The notes: a model not told the origin generated them from the letters alone. A stretch of 29,892 bases of DNA from Candidatus Eiseniibacteriota bacterium (GCA_031364845.1 JANLWX010000129.1:1-29892); one strand, 5' to 3'; counted from the first letter of the stretch, positions 17,000 to 25,951 are shown. Program-made: numbers and translations.

Positions 17000-19135
17000 T
17001 CAGCGCGCGATCACAGTCACTCGCGTGAAGACCGTGCGTCCAAGTCCCTGGAGCCGCGCGAAGTAAACGCCGGGTCCGACTTGTCCCTCCGCCCCGCCCA
17101 GCATCCAGTCCACGTGCCGCAGTCCCGGTTGCATGACTCCGTCGAACGGCGTCGCGATCCGGCGTCCGCTCACATCGAAGATGTCGAGCTTCGCATGCGC
17201 CTCACGCGGCACCTCGAAGCTCAGCCGCGCGAAGTCGATCGCCGGGTTCGGCGATGCGGTGATTCGCATGGACACCGCTGCGACGGGTTCGACACGCAAC
17301 GGACCGATCCGCGCCTCGGGACCGGAGCAGCCGCGCGCCCCGAGCCAGTACGTCGCCGCACCGCCCTTCAGAGCGGCATCGACGAACCGGAACGTCGCGA
17401 TGCCATCCGCGCTCTCGAGTTGCGACTCGTTGCCCGCGAACACCAGCGTTCCCGCCGCGTCTTCGCGATAGACGTTGAAGCCGTCCACGTGTTCGGTCAC
17501 CGGCACCGTCCAGGTCAACTCGATGCCGCCCGCAGAGGGCGCGGCGTCGATCGAGCGCAGTGCCGCAAGCGGCATCTCCGCTCCGCCCGCGACCAGATGT
17601 GCATCGTGTTCAACCGGTACGACTGCCGCGAACATCGCGTCCGAATCCACGACCCTGCCCAGCGCGAGCGGCGAGACGATCATCGGACTTGTGCCCGGCG
17701 TGTAGTCATAGTTGAACGCCATGTAATCGCCCCGGCACGTGAAACTGGAGTTGCGCGTGTTGGTCGCGACGCGCAGCCGCACCTCGCGCGTCGCCGAGAC
17801 GTAGGCGCCGGGCGAGGTCGTGCTCCAGGTCGTGGTCGCGTCGGTCGTGCTCACCGTGCCGCTGTTGACCTGGACCCACGCGCTCGTGGTCCAGTTCCAC
17901 AGATAGAGCGTCTGCGTGCGGCTCACCGTGTAGTTGCCGTCGTAGGTGACGTTGAGGTTGAGCGGGGGATGCGCCAGCGTCACTGAGCCGTACCAGTCGG
18001 TGAGATACTTGCCTCCGGTGACCCCGGCGCTGACGGACACGCGCACCGCGTCGTCCGCCGCGAGACGCGTGACGTCGCCGGCTGTGATGCTGCCCTTGAT
18101 CATCGTCATCGACGTCGCGACCTCGGTCGTATTGATCGGTGGCGGCGCACCATCGTTGAAATACGTGTCGTTAAAGCCGGCACCCGCCACGGTGTACGCG
18201 GCCCCTGCGCCCGGATCCGCCTGCACCACGATCGTGCCGCCCACCTTGTCCCATGTCGGATCGGGTGTGGCTCCCGCGCCGGTCTGGGTCCAGTAGGTGT
18301 GGACCGAGTGCGCGTGCATGCGGTTGAGTGCGTCCGCAGTCGGATGGCCGTAGCTGTTGCCGTCGCCGACCTGGATGATCCCGACCTCGGGGGTGATCGC
18401 GTTCAGCCAGTTGTCGTTCGAGGAATAGAGCGAGCCGTGGTGATGCACCTTGTACACCTCGACATCGCCGCACTGGGGCCCGATCGTGGATTCGACGTCG
18501 GTGGCCCCGGTTCCGGTGAGGTCGCCGCCGATCACCTCCTGGAAGCTCCCGTAGCTCACCTTCATCACCATGCTCTTCGCATTCTCGTCCGAGCCGGTCG
18601 GCGAGTACACGCCGGCGCCATTGAGATCCACGCACACTAGTTGGACCGGATTCGGTGAGCCCGCGTCGAGTGTGACGATCTGGCCCTTGGCCATCGTCTG
18701 GCGCTTGGCGCCGAGCGTGTTCACGTACGCCGTGTAGGTGCCGCTCGAATACGAGTAGCCGCGGTCGTAACCCGCAGTCGCGATCGTGATCCCGATCGCA
18801 GCCAGATCGTCGATACAGCCCAGATGGTCCGAGTGGTAATGCGAGTTGAAGTGGTAGTCCACCGAGGTGATGCCGAGACCCTGGAGGTAGCTCTTGATAC
18901 CTGTGCAGCTCAGATAGTTGCCGTCGTCGAACAGGGCCTTCTGTCCGTTGGGCGAGATCACGAGAATGCCGTCGCCCTGACCGACGTTGACGTGGTGGAT
19001 CTGGAGCTTGCCGTTGGCCTGTGCGAAAGCGTGCACGGGGACGGACAGCGCGAGCGCGGCGACGAAGGCAAGGTCACGGAGGCGTGAGATCGCGCGCGCG
19101 GGGGACGGGAGGAAGCAACGGATGGACCGTCGCAT
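17000..19135 (-). CDS. Exported ComEC/Rec2-type metallo-beta-lactamase-fold hydrolase with a beta-rich accessory domain and C-terminal FlgD-Ig/T9SS-CTD-like domain
   Basis: GAGGTG SD; signal peptide ending AFA; VNVGQGD, SHYHSDHLG, DENAKS, GGDL, KVHHHGS, NSYGHP motifs; C-terminal SPNP...DIFDVSGRRI...GVYFARL. Confidence 0.85.
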   Translation of the reverse strand: MRRSIRCFLPSPARAISRLRDLAFVAALALSVPVHAFAQANGKLQIHHVNVGQGDGILVISPNGQKALFDDGNYLSCTGIKSYLQGLGITSVDYHFNSHYHSDHLGCIDDLAAIGITIATAGYDRGYSYSSGTYTAYVNTLGAKRQTMAKGQIVTLDAGSPNPVQLVCVDLNGAGVYSPTGSDENAKSMVMKVSYGSFQEVIGGDLTGTGATDVESTIGPQCGDVEVYKVHHHGSLYSSNDNWLNAITPEVGIIQVGDGNSYGHPTADALNRMHAHSVHTYWTQTGAGATPDPTWDKVGGTIVVQADPGAGAAYTVAGAGFNDTYFNDGAPPPINTTEVATSMTMIKGSITAGDVTRLAADDAVRVSVSAGVTGGKYLTDWYGSVTLAHPPLNLNVTYDGNYTVSRTQTLYLWNWTTSAWVQVNSGTVSTTDATTTWSTTSPGAYVSATREVRLRVATNTRNSSFTCRGDYMAFNYDYTPGTSPMIVSPLALGRVVDSDAMFAAVVPVEHDAHLVAGGAEMPLAALRSIDAAPSAGGIELTWTVPVTEHVDGFNVYREDAAGTLVFAGNESQLESADGIATFRFVDAALKGGAATYWLGARGCSGPEARIGPLRVEPVAAVSMRITASPNPAIDFARLSFEVPREAHAKLDIFDVSGRRIATPFDGVMQPGLRHVDWMLGGAEGQVGPGVYFARLQGLGRTVFTRVTVIAR

Positions 19136-19355
19136 GGGGGCACCTCTTCCCTGAAGGTGAGCATTGGAGCGTGAATGGGGCACGCCATTGTCTGGAGCCG
19201 CGGCGAACCTACTCCTTGCTCCGCGGGCAGGGAATGGAAAAGTGCAAGGGCCAACCAGCGCGTGCCCCGCTCCTCATCTCGACGCCGTCGCCGGGCGCGG
19301 TGTACTGTCATCGGGCTCATTTCCGTTCCCCGCATCCTTCGAGGAGCGTCCCATC

Positions 19356-20567
19356 GTGTGGTCCCAGATCGAATCCAAAGTCCTCCGCGGCGAGCGCCTG
19401 ACGACCGCCGAGGGCGTCTATCTGCTCACCGACGCCCCGCTCGCCGATCTCGGCGGGCTCGCGAATGAAGTGCGCGCGCGGAAGACCGACGCGAACGTCG
19501 TCACCTACGTCATCGATACGAATCCCAACTACACCAACTACTGCACCGTGGACTGCCACTTCTGCGCGTTTTACCGCAAGCCGGGTTCGAACGCGCCCGA
19601 TGGTTACGTTCATGATGTCGCCGGCGTGATGAAGATGATGGCGCAGGCGGATCAACTCGGCGCCACGACCGTGCTGCTGCAGGGCGGGCTCAATCCCGAG
19701 ATCCCATGGGAGTTCTACCCCGCCGTAGTGCGCGCCGCGCGCGCGAACTATCCGCACATCACGCCGCACTTCTTCTCGGCGCCCGAGATCCATCAGATGG
19801 TCGAGGTGAGCGGGCTCTCGATCCGGGGTGTGCTCGATGCGCTCTACGAGGCGGGACAGCGGACGCTGCCCGGCGGCGGCGCCGAAATCCTCGCGACGCG
19901 CGTGCGCAAACGGATCTCGGTGAAGAAGGGTGGGCCCGACGCGTGGCTCGATGTCCATCGCGCCGCGCATCAGGCCGGGATGCGCTCTACGGCGACCATG
20001 ATGTACGGTCATGTCGAGACCGACGCCGAAATCGTCGAACACTTCGACTACATCCGCGCGCTGCAGGACGAGACGCACGGTTTCACGGCGTTCGTGCCGT
20101 GGAGCTACAAGCGCGGCAACACCCCGATGGAGGCGAAGGTCCGCCACATCGCCGGCTCTTCGCGGTACTGCCGCGTGCTCGCGGCGTCGCGGCTCTACCT
20201 CGACAACTTCGATCACGTCCAGGCGACGTGGTTCAGCGAAGGCAAGAAGACCGGACAGGTCGCGCTGCACTTTGGCGCCGACGACTTCGGGGGAACGCTG
20301 TTCGAGGAGAACGTCCATCTCGCGACCGGTCATCACAACAAGACCACGGTCGCCGAAATCGAGACGCTGATCCGCGAGGCGGGCTTCACTCCGGCGCAGC
20401 GCGACACCGAGTACCACATCCTCAAGCGCTCCGAGGGTCCCGAGGCGCTCAGGACCCTGAGCGACGACGTGCCGCTGTTCGTCGAAAGCCTTCGCGAATT
20501 GCCGGCGGAGTATCCCGCCTTGCTCGACGGTGAGGAGCAGGGCGAATCCCGGGTGCTCCCAGCCTGA
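19356..20567 (+). CDS. mqnC: Cyclic dehypoxanthinyl futalosine synthase (radical SAM)
   Basis: VTYVIDTNPNYTNYCTVDCHFCAFYRK, VLLQGGLNP, FSAPEI, LPGGGAEIL, STATMMYGHVET, AFVPWS, GADDFGGTLFEENV, QRDT; GAGGAG SD before GTG 19356. Confidence 0.9.
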   Translation: MWSQIESKVLRGERLTTAEGVYLLTDAPLADLGGLANEVRARKTDANVVTYVIDTNPNYTNYCTVDCHFCAFYRKPGSNAPDGYVHDVAGVMKMMAQADQLGATTVLLQGGLNPEIPWEFYPAVVRAARANYPHITPHFFSAPEIHQMVEVSGLSIRGVLDALYEAGQRTLPGGGAEILATRVRKRISVKKGGPDAWLDVHRAAHQAGMRSTATMMYGHVETDAEIVEHFDYIRALQDETHGFTAFVPWSYKRGNTPMEAKVRHIAGSSRYCRVLAASRLYLDNFDHVQATWFSEGKKTGQVALHFGADDFGGTLFEENVHLATGHHNKTTVAEIETLIREAGFTPAQRDTEYHILKRSEGPEALRTLSDDVPLFVESLRELPAEYPALLDGEEQGESRVLPA

Positions 20568-20767
20568 GGTTGTAAAGGATCTCGGACCGCCGACGCCGCA
20601 CCCTGCGGCGGCCTGTTCCTGCAGGCAGCGGTCCGCCCAATGGGCTCCCGCGGGCCAAGTTACGGCGCCGTCGCGCGACGGGCCCGGCACTGCAGATCGC
20701 ATGGGCGCGACGCAGTTCGCACGGTCCTGGAGCGATCCGGCGCCGGGGCGACCAGCCCTGGCGGGCT

Positions 20768-20806
20768 CGCGATTCAGGCGCGATTCGTGCCTGCGTTCGC
20801 TATACT
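20768..20806 (+). promoter_or_regulatory. Putative activator-dependent promoter: CGCGATTC direct repeats plus -10 TATACT
   Basis: CGCGATTC at 20768-20775 and 20779-20786 (11-bp period); TATACT at 20801-20806. Confidence 0.4.
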
Positions 20807-20854
20807 TACCGCCGCTCACAACCCGCACCTTTGCCATGACCTCAGAGGAGAGCC

Positions 20855-23800
20855 GTGCCGCGCCACTCCCCCGATCCGGCCCGTGCAAAATCCGCCTCCC
20901 GGAACGGTTGCCCTGCGCCGTCACGGATCCCGACGGCGTTCGCGCCGCTGGTTCTTGCGGCGTTGATCGGGTTCGCGTCCCACGTTTCAGCCGCACCCGA
21001 TGTGCCCGCCCGGTTCGTGGTCGAGAGCGCCTCGCCCGGCGTCATGTTCGATCTTCCGACGTGCATCGCATTCCTTCCCGACGGCCGCCTCCTGGTCGGG
21101 GAGAAGCGCGGCCGCATCTGGATCGTGAAGAACGGCATCCGGCACGGAACACCCTTGTGGTCGCGCGAGGCCGAAGTCGAAACCTTCGGAGACTGCGGGC
21201 TCATGAGCATCGCGGTCGATCCGGCCTTCGCCACCAACCGCCGGCTCTATTTTCTCTACACCGCGGATCCCGATTCGGATGGAGTGGATACCGATCCCTA
21301 CTCGTTCGGCCGGCTGGCCCGATATGAATTGAGCGCCACCGATTCGAACGCGCTCGTTCCTTCGTCCCGCTCGATCCTGATGGGTACCAACTGGCCGAAC
21401 GGACCGTTGACGGCAGGCACGTCCCACACGGTCGGCTCGCTGCGCTTCGGAACCGACGGCAGCCTGCTGGTTTCGATCGGCGAAGGCGCCGAGTCGAACG
21501 CGATGGACCCGGGTGGTCTGTATCCCGGCGCGTTCGGTGTCGGCCGGACGAACACGAGCGAAGACATCGGCGCGTTCCGTGCGCAGTACACGAGCAGCCT
21601 GTGCGGAAAGATTCTCAGGATCAATCCCGCCACCGGCACCGGTTATTCGAGCAATCCCTTTTACCAATCCAACAATCCCGGCTCCGCGAAATCGCGAGTC
21701 TGGGCGTATGGACTGCGCAATCCGTTCCGCATGACGATGCGACCCGGCACCGGCCTCGCGAACCCCAATCAGGGTCAGCCCGGGACGATTTTTGCCGGAG
21801 ACGTCGGCTGGCTCACCTCCGAGGAGATCAATCTCGCGACGACCGGTGGCAAGAATTTCGGCTGGCCCTGTTACGAAGGTCTGTTTGCCCGGCCCGACTA
21901 TCAGGCCGCGAACCCCAGCCATCACGATTGCCATTCGATCGGACGGGGCGACAACCCTTCCATCGCGAGCCTGCCGCTGATGGCGTGGGATCACTTGGAT
22001 TCGTCGCTGGCATCGCCGCCCGGAAATGGGCTCATCGGCAACTGCGCGCTCGCGGGCGCCTTCTATTCGGGTACGAGCTACCCGGTCAACTATCAGGGCC
22101 GGCTGTTCTTCCTCGACTTCGGCCTCAACTGGATGAAGGTCGCGACCTTCAATGTGAACAATCAGATCACCGACATCTCCGACTTCGCGACCAACCTCGA
22201 TGGTCCGGTCGACTTCGGCACCGATCCACTGTCCGGCGACATCTATTACGCTGCGATCGCCGTCGGCGAAGTTCGCCGCATCCGCTACACCGGCCCTCCC
22301 GGCACCGGACCGATCGCCGCCGCGTCCGCCACTCCCATGATCGGGTCCACGCCGCTTCCGGTTCAATTTTCGAGCGAGGAATCCAGTTCTCCGACCGGAC
22401 GTCCGCTCACGTTCTTCTGGAACTTCGGCGATGGGACTGGCACGTCCGCCATGAATCCCTCGCACACCTACGCCGATCATGGTGAGTTCGACGCGGTACT
22501 GACGGTCAGCGACGATCTCGGCGGGCAGAGTCGCGACACGATCCGCGTGATCGCCACCAACGCCGCGACGTTCCCCACCACCGGAGTGCTCGACGACTTC
22601 AACCGTCCCGATGGTCCGATCGGCGGACAGTGGGTCGACAACACCACCGGCCTGCTCGTCGATGGCGGTCAGTTGACGCAGACGTTCGGGCTTGCGGCCC
22701 CGGTGTTCGACGCCACTCCGTTCGGTCCCAATCAGGAGTGCTACGTCACGATGTCCGAGATCTCACCGACCTCACCGCATCACACTCTGATGCTCAAGGT
22801 TCAGGGCACGTCGTTCACCGGCGGACACATTCAGATTCGTTACGAACCCGGATTTCCGCGCATCACGCTTGCGACCTACGCTCCGTCGGAGAGCTGGATC
22901 ACACGCGGCGAGCTGAATCCGGTCACGTTCACTCCCGGTGATCGCCTCGGCGCGCGCGCCTATTCGAACGGCATCGTGGAGGTGTTCCGCAACAGCACGC
23001 TGCTGGGCTCGTTCTCAATGGGAATGTGGCCGTTTGCCGGTGATGGCGGCCGGCTGGGGCTGGCGCTGCAGGACGCGGCAAGTGCCCGGTTCGACGACTT
23101 CGGCGGGGGTGACGCGTTGCTCGGCTTCAACGAGCCGCCGCTCGCGACCATCCTGTCTCCGGCCGACTCCTCGTTCTTCGCAGAGGGGGACACGCTGCGG
23201 TTGCTGGGATCGGGAAGTGACCTCGAGGATCCCGCGTCCTCGCTCGACTATCACTGGCAGATCGACACGCACCACAACAATCACGTGCATCCGGGCAGCT
23301 ACGTTTCGGATCTCCAGAACACCTACCTCATCGGCAGCAGCCACGATGATGGTTCCGGTTCGCACCTGCGCGTGCGGCTCACGGTCACCGACAGCGATGC
23401 CATGCAGGGTTCGGCCGCCGTCGACGTGTTTCCCGAAGTGGACCTCGCCGCATCATCGGTGGCCGTACTGCCCGAGACGCCGGGAACGCTGGGAATTTCC
23501 GAAGTGCGTTTCTGGATCCGCAATCACGGCAGGATGGACGCGCCGATCTCGCACTGGGAGCTGCGGGCCGACGGTATCGAACTGGCCTCCGGCGACACGA
23601 TCGTGGCGCATCAGGACAGCGTTCAGGTCATCCGGCTGGTCGATCCGCTGCTGAGCGCGGGAATGTACACCTTGCGGCTCGTGGTCGATTCGCTCGCCGA
23701 TGTGGTCGAGACCGAAGAGACGAACAACGTGCACCTTCAGCCGCACACGGTGATCCAGGGTGCGGGGGCCGACTGGCTGGCTCCGCTGTTCACCGTACTC

Positions 23801-24358
23801 CCGGCCGCGGAGCCCTACTCGGTGACGGCCACGATCGAATGGTCCACGGATGAGCCTTCCATCGGCGTGGCCCGCTATGGTCCGACGACGGCGCTCGGTG
23901 ACTCGGTGGTGTCCGGCGTGTTCGCTCCCTACCACAGGGTGTCCCTCGCCGGGCTCACGCCCGCCCAGCAGTACTGGTTCAGCGTGATCGTGGACGACAC
24001 GGTGGGCAATGACCGCGCCTCTTCCATGCAGACGTTCACCACGTTGAACGGCTCGCTCGACGCCGGTCCGACTCTTCCGCGGCACGTAGCCCTCTCGGAG
24101 GCGACTCCGAATCCGTCGCGCAACGGGATGTCATTCGTCGCCGACGTTCCGTCGGCCACGCGCCTGCGCTTCCAGGTCTTCGACCTTCAGGGTCGCGTGA
24201 TGTGGAGCGACCGCGACCGCCTGGTCGAAGCCGGACGGTGGACGCTGACATGGTCCGCCCGCTCCACGAGCGGCATGCCGGTGGCGCCGGGGCTCTACCT
24301 GGCGCGCACCGAGATCGGAGGCCAGCGGTTCACGCGGCGGGTGCTCGTCATTCGCTGA
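20855..24358 (+). CDS. Exported multidomain PQQ-dependent glucose/sorbosone dehydrogenase-family protein (GSDH propeller, PKD, beta-sandwich, CARDB-like, FN3-like, FlgD-Ig/T9SS-CTD-like)
   Basis: PTCIAFLPDGRLLVGEKRG, SHTVGSLRFGTDG, GKILRINP, YGLRNPFR, GDVGW, NFGWPCYEG; PKD WNFGDG...PSHTY; CARDB-like VVETEETNN; WSTDEPS...YG; C-terminal PNP...VFDLQGR...GLYL; GAGGAG SD. Confidence 0.85.
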   Translation: MPRHSPDPARAKSASRNGCPAPSRIPTAFAPLVLAALIGFASHVSAAPDVPARFVVESASPGVMFDLPTCIAFLPDGRLLVGEKRGRIWIVKNGIRHGTPLWSREAEVETFGDCGLMSIAVDPAFATNRRLYFLYTADPDSDGVDTDPYSFGRLARYELSATDSNALVPSSRSILMGTNWPNGPLTAGTSHTVGSLRFGTDGSLLVSIGEGAESNAMDPGGLYPGAFGVGRTNTSEDIGAFRAQYTSSLCGKILRINPATGTGYSSNPFYQSNNPGSAKSRVWAYGLRNPFRMTMRPGTGLANPNQGQPGTIFAGDVGWLTSEEINLATTGGKNFGWPCYEGLFARPDYQAANPSHHDCHSIGRGDNPSIASLPLMAWDHLDSSLASPPGNGLIGNCALAGAFYSGTSYPVNYQGRLFFLDFGLNWMKVATFNVNNQITDISDFATNLDGPVDFGTDPLSGDIYYAAIAVGEVRRIRYTGPPGTGPIAAASATPMIGSTPLPVQFSSEESSSPTGRPLTFFWNFGDGTGTSAMNPSHTYADHGEFDAVLTVSDDLGGQSRDTIRVIATNAATFPTTGVLDDFNRPDGPIGGQWVDNTTGLLVDGGQLTQTFGLAAPVFDATPFGPNQECYVTMSEISPTSPHHTLMLKVQGTSFTGGHIQIRYEPGFPRITLATYAPSESWITRGELNPVTFTPGDRLGARAYSNGIVEVFRNSTLLGSFSMGMWPFAGDGGRLGLALQDAASARFDDFGGGDALLGFNEPPLATILSPADSSFFAEGDTLRLLGSGSDLEDPASSLDYHWQIDTHHNNHVHPGSYVSDLQNTYLIGSSHDDGSGSHLRVRLTVTDSDAMQGSAAVDVFPEVDLAASSVAVLPETPGTLGISEVRFWIRNHGRMDAPISHWELRADGIELASGDTIVAHQDSVQVIRLVDPLLSAGMYTLRLVVDSLADVVETEETNNVHLQPHTVIQGAGADWLAPLFTVLPAAEPYSVTATIEWSTDEPSIGVARYGPTTALGDSVVSGVFAPYHRVSLAGLTPAQQYWFSVIVDDTVGNDRASSMQTFTTLNGSLDAGPTLPRHVALSEATPNPSRNGMSFVADVPSATRLRFQVFDLQGRVMWSDRDRLVEAGRWTLTWSARSTSGMPVAPGLYLARTEIGGQRFTRRVLVIR

Positions 24359-24456
24359 ACACTTTCGCGCTCGAGTGACGCCCGATCGCGCGCCACGTGA
24401 CATAGTCCGCGAGCGAACCGTTCCGGCTTCTCCGTCGCGCGGGGTCATCGAGTAGG

Positions 24457-25890
24457 ATGCGGCCGATGGAAGACCTTCCGCGCCGCTTTCGTCCTCTGCC
24501 CGCACTCCTCTCGGTCGTCGCGGCGGCCGTCGTGCTGCTGCTCCCCGGTTTCGGGCTCGAGCCGCGCGCGCATGCCACGCTCGCGATTCTCGTGTTCGCG
24601 GCCGGCATGTGGATGACCGAGTCGCTGCCGATTCCGGTGACCGCGCTCGCGATTCCGGTGCTCGGCATCGTGCTCGGCGTCACCGATGCGAAGGGTGCGT
24701 TCGCCGGATTCGGCGATCCGATCGTGTTCCTGTTCTTCGGCACGTTCCTGCTGACCGACGCCGCGGCCGTGCACGGACTGAACGACCGGCTCGCGCGCGC
24801 CGTGCTCGGCGCGCGATCGGTGCAGGGCCATCCGGTCCGGCTGCTGTGGGCGGTGGCACTGCTCGGCTGCGGGATCTCGGCGTGGGTGAACAACACCGCG
24901 ACCACGGCCCTGCTGCTGCCGCTGGCACTTGCGGCCGGCGGTCTCGGCTCGCCGCGCCTGCTCACTGGCGTGCTGCTGATGGCGGCGTATGCGCCTTCGC
25001 TCGGCGGCATCGCGACTCCGGTCGGCACCGCACCCAATCTGATCGGGCTGCGATTGCTCGAACAGCAGACCGGCGCGCGCCCTTCGTTCGCCGAGTGGTG
25101 CGCGGTGTTCGCGCCGCTCGCGATCATCAGCACCGCGGCGACCGCATGGATGATGACATTGCGCGCGCGCGGCGGCGCGATCGCGCCCGAGACGGCGCGC
25201 ACCGCGATCGCGCCGCACGGTCCGTGGACGCGGGCTGAACGCACGCTGATTCCGGTGTTCATCGCCGTCGTGCTGCTGTGGATCACCCCCGGCATCCTCG
25301 CCGCGACACCGCTCGCGAGCGCTGCGTGGGTCAAGACCTGGCAGACGCGATTGCCCGAGGCCGCGGTGCCGCTCGCGGGCGCGTTGTTTCTGTTCGTGCT
25401 GCCCGCAGGGCGCGCCGGCGGCGAGCGCATTCTCGATCCCGGCGCGTTCCGCCGCGTCGACTGGGGGACGCTGCTGTTGTTCGGCGGCGGGCTCTCGCTC
25501 GGCGCGATGATGTTCGAGTCGGGACTCGCGCGCGCGATCGGTGAAGCGATCTTCGCGCACATGCCGGTGCAGGGCATGGCCGGCATCGTGCTCGCCTCGA
25601 CGTTGATGGCGGTGCTGGTCAGCGAGCTCACGAGCAACACCGCGAGCGCATCCCTGGTCGTGCCGGTGGTGCTCGCGCTGTCGCAGGTCGCCGGCGTCGA
25701 TCCGGTGAAGCCCGCGCTAGCGGCCACGATCGGATGTTCGTTCGGGTTCATGCTTCCGGTCTCGACGCCTCCCAATGCGCTGGTCTACAGCACCGGCCGG
25801 GTCTCGATCCGCGAGATGGTCGCGTCCGGAATTCTGCTCGACCTGGGCGGGATCGCGCTGGTGTTCGCATGGGTGATGGCCTTCGTATAG
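24457..25890 (+). CDS. DASS/SLC13 family Na+-coupled di-/tricarboxylate or sulfate symporter
   Basis: WMTESLPIPVTAL, SAWVNNTAT, TPVGTAPN, VDWGTLLLFGGGL, SELTSNTA, FMLPVSTPPNA; many TM helices. Confidence 0.93.
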   Translation: MRPMEDLPRRFRPLPALLSVVAAAVVLLLPGFGLEPRAHATLAILVFAAGMWMTESLPIPVTALAIPVLGIVLGVTDAKGAFAGFGDPIVFLFFGTFLLTDAAAVHGLNDRLARAVLGARSVQGHPVRLLWAVALLGCGISAWVNNTATTALLLPLALAAGGLGSPRLLTGVLLMAAYAPSLGGIATPVGTAPNLIGLRLLEQQTGARPSFAEWCAVFAPLAIISTAATAWMMTLRARGGAIAPETARTAIAPHGPWTRAERTLIPVFIAVVLLWITPGILAATPLASAAWVKTWQTRLPEAAVPLAGALFLFVLPAGRAGGERILDPGAFRRVDWGTLLLFGGGLSLGAMMFESGLARAIGEAIFAHMPVQGMAGIVLASTLMAVLVSELTSNTASASLVVPVVLALSQVAGVDPVKPALAATIGCSFGFMLPVSTPPNALVYSTGRVSIREMVASGILLDLGGIALVFAWVMAFV

Positions 25891-25939
25891 GCGGGGTCTG
25901 CCGCAATTCCTGACGTCTCCTGAACCCCAGACGTGAAAT

Positions 25940-25951
25940 GTGTTGCAACAC
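25940..25951. promoter_or_regulatory. Perfect palindrome GTGTTGCAACAC, putative MarR operator
   Basis: 12-bp perfect palindrome in an AT-richer patch, 27 nt upstream of the MarR start codon. Confidence 0.65.

Noticed and set aside
17000..19135. Antibiotic-resistance metallo-beta-lactamase controlled by the BlaI/BlaR pair
   Set aside because: Motifs (VGQGD, HHGS, YGHP) are ComEC-type rather than class B beta-lactamase. It lies 12 kb away with no operator copy upstream.
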